Shown piece by piece: positions 10,494-23,914 of a stretch of 58,666 nucleotides of DNA (position 1 is the stretch's first letter; every line of letters begins with the position of its first letter). The notes under the pieces are model-generated. The model was not told the DNA's origin. It saw nothing but the letters and a program-made list of their open reading frames with translations, and did not search any database. This stretch comes from Macrostomum lignano (taxonomy: Eukaryota), in assembly GCA_002269645.1 (NCBI GenBank), contig NIVC01004131.1, positions 1 to 58,666 of the forward strand, read 5' to 3'. The position numbers and the translations under genes are program-made.

Positions 10494-11007
10494 GACGACT
10501 TGAATTGGGAGACGCTTCTAAAGCCAAGAACTCCCGACACTGAGAACTTGAAGACGGTCAGCCCAAAAAAAGAAGCAGACTGCAGGAGAACGCTACAAGT
10601 GAACACGAGAAAAATGAATGGAAAAAGCAAAAAATACGAGTAAATTTGGTAAAAGAAAACTCTAAAATTTTAGTATATGACCCCACCTTGTGATCCGTTG
10701 TGGAAATCAATAATTTCAGGGCGCTAAACCATAGCACCTGTGGCGCCAAAATGAGTGCCTGTGGCGCTAAAATGAGTGTCTGTGGCGCTAAAATGAGTGC
10801 ATGAGGCGCTAAAATGAGTGAGTGCTAACAAAACAGATTCTCAAAGTAATGCAATGCTTTGTCCCCCACCATAAAATCCATGGCGACGCCCGTGAGCTTC
10901 ATTGTCTATGGTCAAATGCTCTACTATGCAGTGGCAGGAGGTTTAATCATCATCTCGACTGCCGAAAGCAAATGTTACCGTCATGCTATCCAATTTGATT
11001 CTCCAAG

Positions 11008-11139
11008 CCAATAGGAACAGCCGCTGCGCACAAAGCAACCTCATTGGCTGTCGAGACTGAGGCCAGGCGGGCAGTATTAGCTTATCTACTAGTGAAGCTT
11101 TGGCTTCGGTGGCATCTCAACCAAGCATGCGCATATAAA
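11008..11139 (+). promoter_or_regulatory. Candidate promoter (CCAAT and TATA boxes) of the Cys-rich GPI protein gene
   Basis: CCAAT at 11008-11012 and TATAAA at 11134-11139, about 75 bp upstream of the ATG at 11215. Confidence 0.35.
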
Positions 11140-11214
11140 CAAGCGACTGTCTGCTATCCAGAAGAGCCATTAGGAAATCCTTCTACAGAAAGGTAGAACA
11201 GCGCGAACTGATCA

Positions 11215-11272
11215 ATGACGTCTCAGCTAATGCTGATGCTGCTGGCGGCCACTCTGCAGCATCACCAGGCCT
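11215..11272 (+). CDS. Exon 1 (signal peptide) of secreted Cys-rich GPI-anchored protein
   Basis: MTSQLMLMLLAATLQHHQA plus 1 nt, then a strong GTGAGT donor. Phase 1 joins exon 2 to give ...HQASALAMAAQC. Linkage across 18.4 kb is inferred. Confidence 0.55.
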
Positions 11273-12124
11273 GTGAGTATTACATAGTTTGTTTTTACTC
11301 GATCGATTAATCAATTTTTTCAGTACCTTGAAATGTACTCGGTGTTCTCCTCCACTGGCCTGTTTGTCCGATTCCTTTCAAGGAAATGAATAGAATCAAG
11401 GCGATCAGAAACTGATACGAAGATCCCAGCCAAAATAAACTGTTGGTGGATACTTTCGGAAGATAGATAGCGGCGCAACGGCGTGAGAGAGGCGCGCGTT
11501 CACTAATTGTCAAGCCTCTTTCGCCGCATCTCTCAAACACAGGCCCCGAGTTTCGCTTATCCCAGTCTCCTACTCTCGTCTTCTTCTTTTGCCTTGCCGT
11601 CACGGGGGGGACGGACGGAAGCAATCGAGCTCAAACGCGGAGAGCATTCAAACGAGCCCCTTAGTAAACTCGGCGCCGCTCTGTGCAGGCGGAATTCGGG
11701 TTTCGCTTCGACCGGCGAGTGAGAGAGTGCCGGTTCGAAAGGAAGTGGAGGCGGTTTTCGGACTCCAAAAACTTTCAAACTGCTCTCTTTGCCAGCCTCC
11801 TGGAAGGTTTCGAGGCTCTCGGAGGCCGGAGTAAGCAGCGTTGTTGGGCGGAAACGAAGCACCGCCTGACTGGTCAATGAGGCGCAGCGTTAACGCATGA
11901 TTAGCGAGCCAGGCAAATCAGCCTCCTTCAACTCGTTTCAGTCACTTTGCTTTCTCCGCTCTGCTTCAAATCTAATTGACCATTGCTTTCAGTTGCTTTG
12001 GTGCAAGTCTGCTTTTCCAGGTAGAGAAAAGTGCGAAATCAGTTTTTTAATGCGGAAAGAGCTCGTATTTAAAGCATCAAAAAGAGTCTTGAATACATAT
12101 AGCTAACAGCTTAAGCATGGATTG

Positions 12125-14376
12125 CAGCTCGTTGAAGAGCCTCAAGGACACGGGTAGCAGCTCATGGAAGAGCCTCAAGGACACGGGTAGCAGCTCATGG
12201 AAGAGCCTCAAGGACACTGGTAGCAGCTCATGGAAGTGCCTCAAGGACACGGGTAGCAGCTCATGGAAGAGCCTCAAGGACACGGGTAGCAGCTCATGGA
12301 AGAGCCTCAAGGACACGGGTAGCAGCTCATGGAAGAGCCTCAAGGACACGGGTAGCACATCATGGAAGAGCCTCAAGGAAACGGGTAGCAGCTCATGGAA
12401 GAGCCTCAAGGACACAGGTAGCACATCATGGAATAGCCTCAAGGACACTGGTAGCAGCTCATGGAAGAGCCTCAAGGACATGGGTAGCAGCTCATGGCAA
12501 AGCCTCAAGGACATGGGTAGCAGCTCATGGAAGAGCCTCAAGGACACGGGTAGCAGCTCATGGAAGAGCCTCAAGGACACGGGTAGCAGCTCATGGAAGA
12601 GCCTCAAGGACACAGGTAGCACATCATGGAAGAACCTCAAGGACACGGGTAGCAACTCATGGAAGAACCTCAAGGACACGGGTAGAAGCTCATGGCAAAG
12701 CCTCAAGGACATGGGTAGCAGCTCATGGAAGAGCCTCAAGGACACTGGTAGCAGCTCATGGAAGAGCCTCAAGGACACGGGTAGCAGCTCATGGAAGAGC
12801 CTCAAGGACACAGGTAGCACATCATGGAAGAACCTCAAGGACACGGGTAGCAACTCATAGAAGAGCCTCAAGGACACCGGTAGCAGCTCATGGCAAAGCC
12901 TCAAGGACACGGGTAGCAGCTCATGGCAAAGCCTCAAGGACACGGGTAGCAGCTCATGGCAAAGCCTCAAGGACACGGGTAGCAGCTCATGGCAAAGCCT
13001 CAAGGACACGGGTAGCAGCTCATGGAAGAGCCTCAAGGACACGGGTAGCAGCTCATGGAAGAGCCTCAAGGACACGGGTAGCAGCTCATGGAAGAGCCTC
13101 AAGGACACAGGTAGCACATCATGGAAGAACCTCAAGGACACGGGTAGCAACTCATGGAAGAGCCTCAAGGACACGGGTAGAAGCTCATGGCAAAGCCTCA
13201 AGGACACGGGTAGCAGCTCATGGCAAAGCCTCAAGGACACGGGTAGCACATCATGGAAGAGCCTCAAGGACACAGGTAGCACATCATGGAAGAACCTCAA
13301 GGACACGGGTAGCAGCTCATGGAAGAGCCTCAAGGACACCGGTAGCAGCTCATGGCAAAGCCTCAAGGACACGGGTAGCAGCTCATGGCAAAGCCTCAAG
13401 GACACGGGTAGCAGCTCATGGAAGAGCCTCAAGGACATGGGTAGCAGCTCATGGAAGAGCCTCAAGGACACGGGTAGCAGCTCATGGAAGAGCCTCAAGG
13501 ACACGGGTAGCACATCATGGAAGAACCTCAAGGACACGGGTAGCAACTCATGGAAGAACCTCAAGGACACGGGTAGAAGCTCATGGCAAAGCCTCAAAGA
13601 CACGGGTAGCAGCTCATGGAAGAGCCTCAAGGACACGGGTAGCAGCTCATGGCAAAGCCTCAAGGACACGGGTAGCACATCATGGAAGAGCCTCAAGGAC
13701 ACGGGTAGCAGCTCATGGAAGAGCCTCAAGGACACAGGTAGCACATCATGGAAGAGCCTCAAGGACACGGGTAGCAACTCATGGCAAAGCCTCAAGGACA
13801 CAGGTAGCACATCATGGAAGAACCTCAAGGACACGGGTAGCAGCTCATAGAAGAGCCTCAAGGACACCGGTAGCAGCTCATGGCAAAGCCTCAAGGACAC
13901 GGGTAGCAGCTCATGGCAAAGCCTCAAGGACACGGGTAGCAACTCATGGAAGAGCCTCAAGGACACGGGTAGCAGCTCATGGAAGAGCCTCAAGGACACG
14001 GGTAGCAGCTCATGGAAGAGCCTCAAGGACACAGGTAGCACATCATGGAAGAGCCTCAAGGACACGGGTAGCAGCTCATGGAAGAGCCTCAAGGACACAG
14101 GTAGCACATCATGGAAGAGCCTCAAGGACACAGGTAGCACATCATGGAAGAGCCTCAAGGACACGGGTAGCAGCTCATGGAAGAGCCTCAAGGACACGGG
14201 TAGCAGCTCATGGAAGAGCCTCAAGGACACGGGTAGCAGCTCATGGAAGAGCCTCAAGGACACGGGTAGCAGCTCATGGAAGAGCCTCAAGGACACGGGT
14301 AGCAGCTCATGGAAGAGCCTCAAGGACACGGGTAGCAACTCATGGAAGAGCCTCAAGGACACGGGTAGAAGCTCGT
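12125..14376. repeat. 33-bp minisatellite (GAAGAGCCTCAAGGACACGGGTAGCAGCTCATG)n, about 68 copies
   Basis: Tandem 33-bp period; same family occurs inverted at 47213..48000. Confidence 0.97.
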
Positions 14377-15104
14377 CTCGTGAACTTCTAGGAAATCCCA
14401 ACTTTGGCGCCTTCACAAATCAATGCAATAGAAAGAGAGAGAGGGGGGAGGCCGACTTCCTTCCCGAGTCCTGTTCCAGCCAACAGAGATATGCAAGATG
14501 GGAGTCGGGCGTGAAAGCAATTCAGTATGAAGACTGAAAGGACAGGACTGGCCCTCCCCCGAGAGGTGCCCTTAGCCTCAGAGCTGGCCGAAAAAAACGG
14601 TTGCGATTTTGTGACGGCTTCGATTTTCCGATAAAATTCATATTTCGCCTTTGGTCTCTCGCAGCCTCTCTCTCTCTATCGCACAAACTTTATTTGCGGT
14701 CTCTTTGACAAAAGCCGCTGAGCTAACTAAGCGCACGAGGTTTGGTGGGCTTGGAACCACTCGACTTTCTCTCTATGCCTCTCGTCCTCTCTATTTCTTA
14801 GCTCGTACTAGTTTTGAACAAGAGGCTGGGTTGGGTGGTCCGGAAGGCAGAAGTGCCCGAGCTGTCCGGGCGTACGTCTTCGCATGATGAACTTGTGCGA
14901 TGTGGCGACTGGCGGGACGTCAGCCAGAAATTAAAGGCTTTGATTTGTCTGCACTTTGAAGAGCCCGGAACAGCCCCCACACAGCCGACTGCTGTATGGG
15001 GCGGCGGGGCTGTCTCTGCTGATTTTCGGGACTGTTTATTCATTAGAATGCATCATTTAGTAAGCTCGGTCTCGGTGGGTCATGGTAGATAGATCACTTG
15101 GAGA

Positions 15105-16400
15105 CAATTAGCTAGATCAGTAGATATACCACCTAGATAAGTATATTTAACAGCTAGATCAGTAGATATGATAGCTAGATCAGTAGATATGATAGCTAGA
15201 TCAGTAGATATAATAGCTAGATCAGTATATATAAAAGCTAGATCAGTAGATATGATAGCTAGATCAGTAGATATGATAACTGGATCAGTAGATATGATAG
15301 CTGGATCAGTAGATATGATAGCTAGATCAGTAGATATGATAACTGGATCAGTAGATATGATAACTGGATCAGTAGATATGATAGCTAGATCAGTAGATAT
15401 GATAGCTAGATCAGTAGATATGATAGCTAGATCAGTATATATAAAAGCTAGATCAGTAGATATGATAACTAGATCAGTAGATATGATAGCTAGATCAGTA
15501 GATATGATAGCTAGATCAGTAGATATGATAGCTAGATCAGTAGATATGATAACTGGATCAGTAGATATGATAGCTGGATCAGTAGATATGATAGCTAGAT
15601 CAGTAGATATGATAACTGGATCAGTAGATATGATAACTGGATCAGTAGATATGATAGCTAGATCAGTAGATATAATAGCTAGATCAGTATATATAAAAGC
15701 TAGATCAGTAGATATGATAACTAGATCAGTAGATATGATAGCTAGATCAGTAGATATGATAGCTAGATCAGTAGATATGATAGCTAGATCAGTAGATATG
15801 ATAGCTAGATCAGTAGATATGATAGCTAGATCAGTAGATATGATAGCTAGATCAGTAGATATGATAGCTAGATCAGTAGATATGATAACTGGATCAGTAG
15901 ATATGATAGCTGGATCAGTAGATATGATAGCTAGATCAGTAGATATGATAGCTAGATCAGTAGATATAACAGCTAGATCAGTAGATATAACAGCTAGATC
16001 AGTAGATATAACAGCTAGATAAGTAGATAAATACAGCTAGATCTGTAGATATAACATCTAGATCTGTAGATATAACAGCTAGATGCGTGCATATAACAGC
16101 TAGATGCGTGCATATAACAGCTAGATCAGTAGATATAGCAGCTAGATCTGTAGATATAGCTAGATCAGTAGACATAACAGCTAGATCAGTAGACATAACA
16201 GCTAGATCAGTAGACATAACAGCTAGATGAGTAGACATAACAGCTAGATCAGTAGATATAACAGCTAGATCAGTAGACATAACAGCTAGATCAGTAGATA
16301 TAACAGCTAGATCAGTAGATATAAATAGCTAGATCATAGATTCAACAGCTAGATCAGTAGATATAAATAGCTAGATCATAGATTCAACAGCTAGATCAGA
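15105..16400. repeat. 21-bp minisatellite (AGCTAGATCAGTAGATATGAT)n
   Basis: Tandem 21-bp period with variant drift along the array. Confidence 0.95.
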
Positions 16401-17321
16401 TAGTCATCGTGTGGGTAGGGAGTTGAGAAATTGGAGCAAGACTTGCTACATGAAAAAGAACCCATTAAAAGAATTTCTGTCCCAACCCATTGTAAATAAG
16501 TTTCATTCAAGTACCGCACTACATCACAGTTCCTGCCGAACTCACTTCGGAAAAGTCTGAAGTGTTATGATTGAGAGCTTCCACTCGAGAACTGTTGAAC
16601 CCGGAAAGGGGGAGTCAAGCCTCACTAACACGACTGCAAGCAAGTTTATCCCATTGAATTTCCCAAGTCCAACTTTCTCTCAATTTCCTCCCTTCATCAT
16701 ATTTCGACTGTCTCCTTTGTAGTTGAGAAGGAGCAAGTGTGTTTGCGTCCTCTGTTCCCTTGCATGGTCAATTTTTTGCTTCGTCACTGAGAGTGCAGAC
16801 TCGATTATCGCTTTAGCACAGGTTTTTAAAGCTGTAGTTTAGCTGTGTATGACTGCCAAACCGAGTCTGAAGTACCCAGGGAGGATGGCTGGTTGACCAC
16901 TTGTTGACGGCTCCCCCCTCTCTCCCCCCTTTTCCCTCGGCCTCTTCATCGGCAGGCCGGGTCAACAACTGAAGCGCAAGGAGCTGGCAAAGTGATTATC
17001 GGAAAGCCTTCGCACTCAAAGCCGAATTCGCCTGAGCAGACTTAGCGGGGCCTCTCAGACCCCGCCTCCGGGATTTAATATTTAATTGGCTAATCCGCGC
17101 CAACTTCGAATTCGGGCGCCTATTTTCGATTTCTATTTGTTGCTGGCTCTGCACTCGTAACTGGATTTAATCTGTGAAATGCAGGCAGGAGGTTCCGGCT
17201 GCCGCTTGGTTGGTAGAGACTCTGCGGAGTGAACTCACAACTCTTGAGCATTCCATGAATTGTGAGGCCATTGGGTCTTGCATACTCCACAGCTGCTCTG
17301 GAAAGAGAGAAAAGAGAAAAG

Positions 17322-18140
17322 GTATTAGATCAGGGAATTTTTCTCTTGATAACGTGAAGAGAAGGGGTGTTAGATCAGGGAATCTTTCTCTTGATGTACG
17401 AGAGGAGAAGGGGTATTAGATCAGGGAATCTTTCTTTAGATGATGGGAAGAGAAGGGGTATTAGATCAGGGAATTTTTCTCTTGATGGCGTGAAGAGAAG
17501 GGGTGTTAGATCAGGGAATCTTTCTCTAGATGATGGGAAGAGAAGGGGTATTAGATCAGGGAATTTTTCTCTTGATGGCGTGAAGAGAAGGGGTGTTAGA
17601 TCAGGGAATCTTTCTCTAGATGATGGGAAGAGAAGGGGTATTAGATCAGGGAATCTTTCTCTTGATGTACGGGAAGAGAAGGGGCATTAGATCAGGGAAT
17701 CTTTCTCTTGATGACGGGAAGAGAAATGGTATTAGATCAGGGAATTTTTCTCTTGATGACGGGAAGAGAAGGGGTATTAGATCAGGGAATCTTTCTCTTG
17801 ATGACGGGAAGAGAAAGGGGTATTAGATAAGGGAATTTTTCTCTTGATGGCGTGAAGAGAAGGGGTGTTAGATCAGGGAATCTTTCTCTAGATGATGGGA
17901 AGAGAAGGGGTATTAGATCAGGGAATCTTTCTCTTGATGGCGTGAAGAGAAGGGGTGTTAGATCAGGGAATCTTTCTCTAGATGATGTGAAGAGAAGGGT
18001 ATTAGATCAGGGAATCTTTCTCTAGATGGCGGGAAGAGAAGGGGTATTAGATCAGGGAATCTTTCTCTTGATGAAGAGAAGGGGTATTAGATCAGGGGAT
18101 TTTTCTCGACGATGAGAAGAGAAAAAGCATTGGATCAGGG
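17322..18140. repeat. 45-bp minisatellite (TTAGATCAGGGAATCTTTCTCTTGATGACGGGAAGAGAAGGGGTA)n
   Basis: Tandem 45-bp period, about 18 copies. Confidence 0.93.
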
Positions 18141-18396
18141 AATTTTCCGTGATAAGGGGAGAGGATATTGGGAATACATGTAAATCAGATAAATCTTCTT
18201 AGTTGGTAGAAAGAGACCAGAGAGAAGTGCCAATGGACACCGTTTAGTACACCGAGGCTCGGGACTCTAGACAGTATAGAGACATCTCCTCCAATGATGG
18301 AAATGGATGACTGACGCCCCGGCCCAGTGACAAGCAGCGACAGAGGTATGTTCTGACAATTTCAGCTTGCCAAGGGTAAAACAAAGCGCATAGCGT

Positions 18397-18442
<46 letters not shown>

Positions 18443-18664
18443 CAGATTGCGCCAGTAAAATTGCCCAGTCAAAACTCCGACAGCGAAACCCAAATTCAAC
18501 TTGACAGCGGGCCGCTTATACCAGCTTGGCCAGGTAAACACACAGGGGGATGCTGCCGGGTTTAGGAGGGGGGGGGGCTCAAGTTGAAGCGGCCTGCGGT
18601 GCTAGATAAGCTGTCACTAGACAGGATAGCTGTATGGGATTTTAGAGCGAGCGGAGGGTCTCGG

Positions 18665-18885
18665 CCATAGACAGAAGATCAGGCGAGAGATCGGAGCTAA
18701 GGGAGGGGTTTCAGCCATAGACAAAAGATCGCGCCACAGACCGGAGCTAGAGGAGGGGGTTTCCGCCATAGACAAAAGATCGCGCCACAGACCGGAGCTA
18801 GAGAAGGCTTTCAGCCATAGACAAAAGATCGCACGACAGACCAGAGCTAGAGAAGGGTTTCAGCCATAGACAAAAGATCGCGTGA
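18665..18885. repeat. About 49-bp tandem repeat (GCCATAGACAAAAGATCGCG...), 4-5 copies
   Basis: GCCATAGACAAAAGATCG recurs at about 50-bp spacing. Confidence 0.85.
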
Positions 18886-19409
18886 CCAAAACAGGTGCAG
18901 CCAATGGCGGGATCTACGCGAGGTGGAAAAAGCATTGATTGCTTACTGCACGATGGAGAGTTGCAGGCAGACTCTGCCAGCTTTAGGGGGAAGAATTTGA
19001 AAGAAATATTTCTCCGAGGGGAAGAGTAAGAGACGCGGCGGTGTCGGTGGCCTGTGCGTGTCGAGATGCTAGAGCTGAAGGAAGCAGCCAGAATCAGCGA
19101 CTGATTCTATTGAAGGATTCCATTGAGGGGAATCGTATTGAAAAGTGGTTGTGGCAGGGGGACTAAACATTTTTTGGTCGAGGGGGTTTTGGTCTAATAT
19201 TTTGGGAAGAGGGAATTTTGTACCTGGTTCCCAGCGATAAGTATGCTTTGCGAGCGTTTATTTGCACAATGAAACATTAATTTTTTGGTTGTAGATTTAT
19301 AAATGGAAAATTTGGATCTAGCACAATTTGCATTCCTTAAACGATTCACCATCGCACAAAACTAAAAATCCCACAAAATTTACAATAGTAAAACGTAGGA
19401 AATTTTAAA

Positions 19410-20660
19410 TCTTTGGTGATTGTGAATCTCTGAGGATTGTGAATCTTTGAGGATTGTGAATCTTTGGTGATTGTAAATCTTTGGTGATTGTGAATCTGAG
19501 GTGATTGTGAATCTTTGGTGATTGTGAATCTTTGGTAATTGTGAATCTTTGAGGATTGTGAATCTTTGGTGATTGTGAATCTTTGGTGATTGTGAATCTT
19601 TGAGGATTGTGAATCTTTGGTGATTGTGAATCTTTGGTGATTGTGAATCTTTGGTGATTGTGAATCTTTGAGGATTGTGAATCTTTGGTGATTGTGAATC
19701 TTTGGTGATTGTGAATCTGTGGTGATTGTGAATCTTTGGTGATTGTGAATCTTTGGTGATTGTGAATCTTTGGTGATTGTGAATCTTTGGTGATTGTGAA
19801 TCTCTGAGGATTGTGAATCTTTGAGGATTGTGAATCTTTGGTGATTGTGAATCTTTGGTGATTGTGAATCTTTGGTGATTGTGAATCTTTGGTGATTGTG
19901 AATCTTTGGTGATTGTGAATCTTTGGTGATTGTGAATCTTTGGTGATTGTGAATCTTTGGTGATTGTGAATCTTTGGTGCTTGTGAATCTTTGGTGATTG
20001 TGAATCTTTGGTGATTGTGAATCTTTGGTGATTGTGAATCTGTGGTGATTGTGAATCTGAGGTGATTGTGAATCTTTGGTGATTGTGAATCTGTGGTGAT
20101 TGTGAATCTGTGGTGATTGTGAATCTGTGGTGATTGTGAATCTTTGGTGATTGTGAATCTTTGAGGATTGTGAATCTTTGGTGATTGTGAATCTGTGGTG
20201 ATTGTGAATCTGTGGTGATTGTGAATCTGTGGTGATTGTGAATCTTTGGTGATTGTGAATCTGTGGTGATTGTGAATCTTTGGTGATTGTGAATCTTTGG
20301 TGATTGTGAATCTTTGGTGATTGTGAATCTGAGGTGATTGTGAATCTTTGGTGATTGTGAATCTGTGGTGATTGTGAATCTGTGGTGATTGTGAATCTGT
20401 GGTGATTGTGAATCTTTGGTGATTGTGAATCTTTGAGGATTGTGAATCTTTGGTGATTGTGAATCTGTGGTGATTGTGAATCTGTGGTGATTGTGAATCT
20501 GTGGTGATTGTGAATCTGTGGTGATTGTGAATCTGTGGTGATTGTGAATCTTTGGTGATTGTGAATCTTTGGTGATTGTGAATCTTTGGTGATTGTGAAT
20601 CTTTGGTGATTGTGAATCTTTGAGGATTGTGAATCTTTGGTGATTGTGAAACTTTGGAGA
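19410..20660. repeat. 17-bp minisatellite (GATTGTGAATCTTTGGT)n
   Basis: Tandem 17-bp period, about 72 copies. Confidence 0.97.
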
Positions 20661-21339
20661 CTTTGAATCTGTGTGGATTGTTAAACCTTGAAGATTGTGA
20701 AGTTTGAGTGATTGGGAAGTTTGTGGAATCGTGAGTTTGTGGAATTGTTAAGTTTGTAAGATTGTAATTTTTTGATTTGTAAAGTTTGGAGTCGGTGAAA
20801 GCACAGAAAAAACGATGATTTTAATTTCGTTTTTCTAGACATTACACCTAGGGCTCCATGCCGCGTTAAAGGGCACTGAGATTCTGTCTTTCACCCTTAC
20901 CTTGACTCCCTGTTGTCGCACAATAGCTGTTTGCGGTCGGGTCGGATAGATAGTATTGACAGAATGATAATACTTGACGGGCCTCGGGGCGGGCAGACGC
21001 AAGAGGGATATCGGTATCTGGGGGGGGGGGGGGGGGGTGAAGTTTCGAGCTGGGAGGGGAGAAGCGACTATGGAAATTGAAAGCCGATTTGCCAGTCCCC
21101 TCTTTTCTTCTCTCTCTCTCTCTCTCTCTCTTTCTATTTTTTGTAGATAGCTAGTTTACCTGCGTTCGGTTAGACAACAGACAGGAGGGTTCAGGGACTT
21201 CTGAATGCACTTCTGGACTGGAGGCGAAACCTCGAATGCGCAGGAATATTAGATACAGCATAAGCGTACATATAAAGTATCTGCAATAAAAAGCTGAGCC
21301 CAGCAAAGGACTGTTGGATCCCGTGGCCAGACTTTTAGT

Positions 21340-21680
21340 TTTAGTTTTTAGAGGCGAGGGTTGTGTGCACCCTGGCGCTGTCACACAACCGGCGAGAGGC
21401 ATTACTGCCCATTCCTCCGACTCCCCTGAGAAGGCACACTCCCACAGGAGTGTACAGCGGCCCTAACTTTATTTATCGTTAGGCATGTACACTTCACTGC
21501 GCCTTGGGGCTGGGCCTCAAGGCCGTTAATTGCACGCGCAGAGCCAAGCCGAGATTCCAATTTAGCCCCAAATTAATGTGACTGCACTGGGAATCGAGCC
21601 TGGGCCGCTGGCACATCAGATCGCCGCGCCAGATCACCGGGCTTACGGCGCTGGGCCCCGCAGCCACTGAAGAAAGCATT
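21340..21680 (-). mobile_element. tRNA-derived SINE, copy 1
   Basis: Reverse complement aligns with 40590..40910 and 43047..43300; B-box-like GGCTCGATTCCC and a (CTAAAA)n 3' tail. Confidence 0.75.
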
Positions 21681-22539
21681 TTTTGCGTTGGGGGTGGGGG
21701 CTTCGGTTCGCTTCCGGTCCAAGTGTATCCAGCAGTCCTTGGCGGGGAAGAATTTCCTGGCCTGCCTCGGTGTCAGCTGCTGTCAGCTTGTCGATTTGCT
21801 AGCTATGCGCCTCCTCCGGTGCAGAAAAGAAAAAGGGGATATTTTTGTTTAAATTAATAACTTAACTTGTTGAATTCCAGTCTGAGTCAGTCAGTCTTTG
21901 TTTTAAACTGTTGCACAGGCCTCTCTGGGCCCGACACTCGGTTCGGTTCGGTTTGAAATTCTAACCCCTAAGCCCAAACAGAGCGATTGTGTGACAATCA
22001 GCAGGGGGCATTGCTATCACCTCCTGCCGCACCGCTGCTGTTCCAACCACTCATTGCTGCATGGGATATTTTACTGGCTTAGCCATAGAGCTTCCCGGAT
22101 CCCCAAATCTGCCAAGGTTTTCCTCTGCCTCCTCCTTCCCTGCAGCGGGGGCGTCATGCCATCCATTGTCAACTGCCTAGCCTGATCCCGTATGGGCAAA
22201 CACCTCCCCTTATCCTAATCCCTCTTCCCATCTATCCATATCGCCTCCCCAGCCCTCCTGTTTACGCTTCGTAGAGAAAAAGTAGGAAAATTCAGACCCG
22301 CGAATCCCTCCGTATTCTTCCCTAATTTGCAGCAGTGTGGCCCGGGATGATGGGAACGCGTTTTATTTTTATTTGCTAAATGCGCGACTGCATTCTGCTC
22401 GGCCCTGAGTGCCCCCCTTCGGTTGCTAGGCGTTCCACCCACGTAAGACCAGACATGCACTGGCGAGTGACATGTTCCCCTGTGGCGATCGTTTGCAAAA
22501 TCCGTGATATCGCTTTGTATTTGTCAGTGCTAAGTACAC

Positions 22540-23240
22540 AGGCCCCGAGTTTCGGGTTTTTGTTAAGTTTCGGGCTTTTTGTTGAGTTTCGGGTTTTCTG
22601 TCAAGTTTCGGGTTTTCTGTCGAGTTTCGGGATTTTTGTCGAGTTTCGGGTTTCTGTTGAGTTTCGGGTTTTTGTTTGTCGAGTTTCGGGTTTTTCTCTG
22701 AGTTTCGGGTTTCTTGTTGAGTTTCGGATTTTTTGTCGAGTTTCGGGCTTTTTGTCGAGTTTCGGGTTTTCTTCGAGTTTCGGGTTTCTTGTCGATTTTC
22801 GGGTTTTCTTCGAGTTTCTGGTTTCTTGTCGAGTTTCGTTTTTTTGTCGAGTTTCGGGTTTTCTGTCGAGTTTCGGGATTTTTGTCGAGTTTCGGGTTTC
22901 TGTTGAGTTTCGGGTTTTTGTTTTTCGAGTTTCGGGTTTTTCTCTGAGTTTCGGGTTTCTTGTTGAGTTTCGGATTTTTTGTCGAGTTTCGGGCTTTTTG
23001 TCGAGTTTCGGGTTTTCTTCGAGTTTCGGGTTTCTTGTCGATTTTCGGGTTTTCTTCGAGTTTCTGGTTTCTTGTCGAGTTTCGTTTTTTTGTCGAGTTT
23101 CGGGCTTTTTGTCGAGTTTCGGTTTTTTTGTCGAGTTTCGGGCTTTTTGTCGAGTTTCGGTTTTTTTGTCGAGTTTCGGGCTTTTTATCGAGTTTCGGGT
23201 TTTCTGTCGAGTTTCGGGTTTCTTGTCGAGTTTCTACTTT
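22540..23240. repeat. GTCGAGTTTCGGGTTTT-type short-unit satellite with a 246-bp higher-order duplication
   Basis: Repeating GAGTTTCGGG core; blocks starting at 22714 and 22960 are near-identical. Confidence 0.92.
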
Positions 23241-23914
23241 TGGTGAAGTTTCGAGTTCTTCTCAAGCATTTGTTTTTATTGAACTTCATGTCTGTCCGGT
23301 CATTCCGTCTGTGATCGAATATATATTTGTAAGTTTCTCGTGTTTGCAAAGTTTTGCTCTGTTAAACTCTCGAGTATCATCAACTGACATCGTATCCCAG
23401 CCTGCGGTAGTTTGCTAGTTTCATGCGCACCCCGGTGGTTGGCAAAAAAACACACCACACCAAGCAAAGCTGAAAGGACACTCTTCTTCCATACAATGCT
23501 AGTTTTGAAGCAACCAGCAGAAGCGCTTGGTTGGGACAATAAGCCAGTCGTAAGCACCCCCCTCCCCCCTAAACTGCTGCCCCCAACAGCAGTGAACACC
23601 AACTGCCCAGTGTAAATTAAAATTCACCCAATATCCCATACAGCAGCAGACGGTGGGCGGGCAATGCAAAATTCTTTTTGGACACTCCAGCATCTCTACG
23701 CCATCAGGTTTCCACAAGTTCTATAGTCTCCAGATTTTCAGTCACGGATTCTACTTTCCTCTAAACGCAGCGCTTGGAGTATTTATTATTGCGGCTGCTG
23801 CCACTGAAGGGTTGACTGAAGCTGCCTTCACGGACCGAGCTGGCCTGAGCGAGTGTACTGGTGCCTCAAGGCTGCTGCGTGCCGACCCCCGACTCCTGGC
23901 TCTTGTCCACTCCT

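Larger units (their letters stand above)
4693..10894. mobile_element. Composite hAT-type non-autonomous transposon (TIRs plus 8-bp TSD) enclosing RTE, Bel/Pao and Polinton fragments
   Basis: Left TIR CAGGGGCGTCGCCA at 4693; right TIR TGGCGACGCCCGTG ends at 10894 (13/14 match). Flanks are GGCTTCAT (4685-4692) and AGCTTCAT (10895-10902), 7/8 identical. Both arms match the element at 38140..38820. Confidence 0.75.

Noticed and set aside
10494-10720. Expected Bel/Pao 5' LTR and primer-binding site (and 3' LTR/PPT near 5650..5760)
   Set aside because: No direct repeat between the two regions and no clear PBS or polypurine tract, so LTRs were not called.
11557-11877. 106-aa minus-strand ORF and overlapping short ORFs
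   Set aside because: No recognisable motif or consistent splice structure.
12077-14416. 779-aa ORF (HELLPVSLRLF)n and the matching ORFs at 47202..48158
   Set aside because: Translation of a 33-bp stop-free satellite unit; the same array also lies in a COX5A intron.
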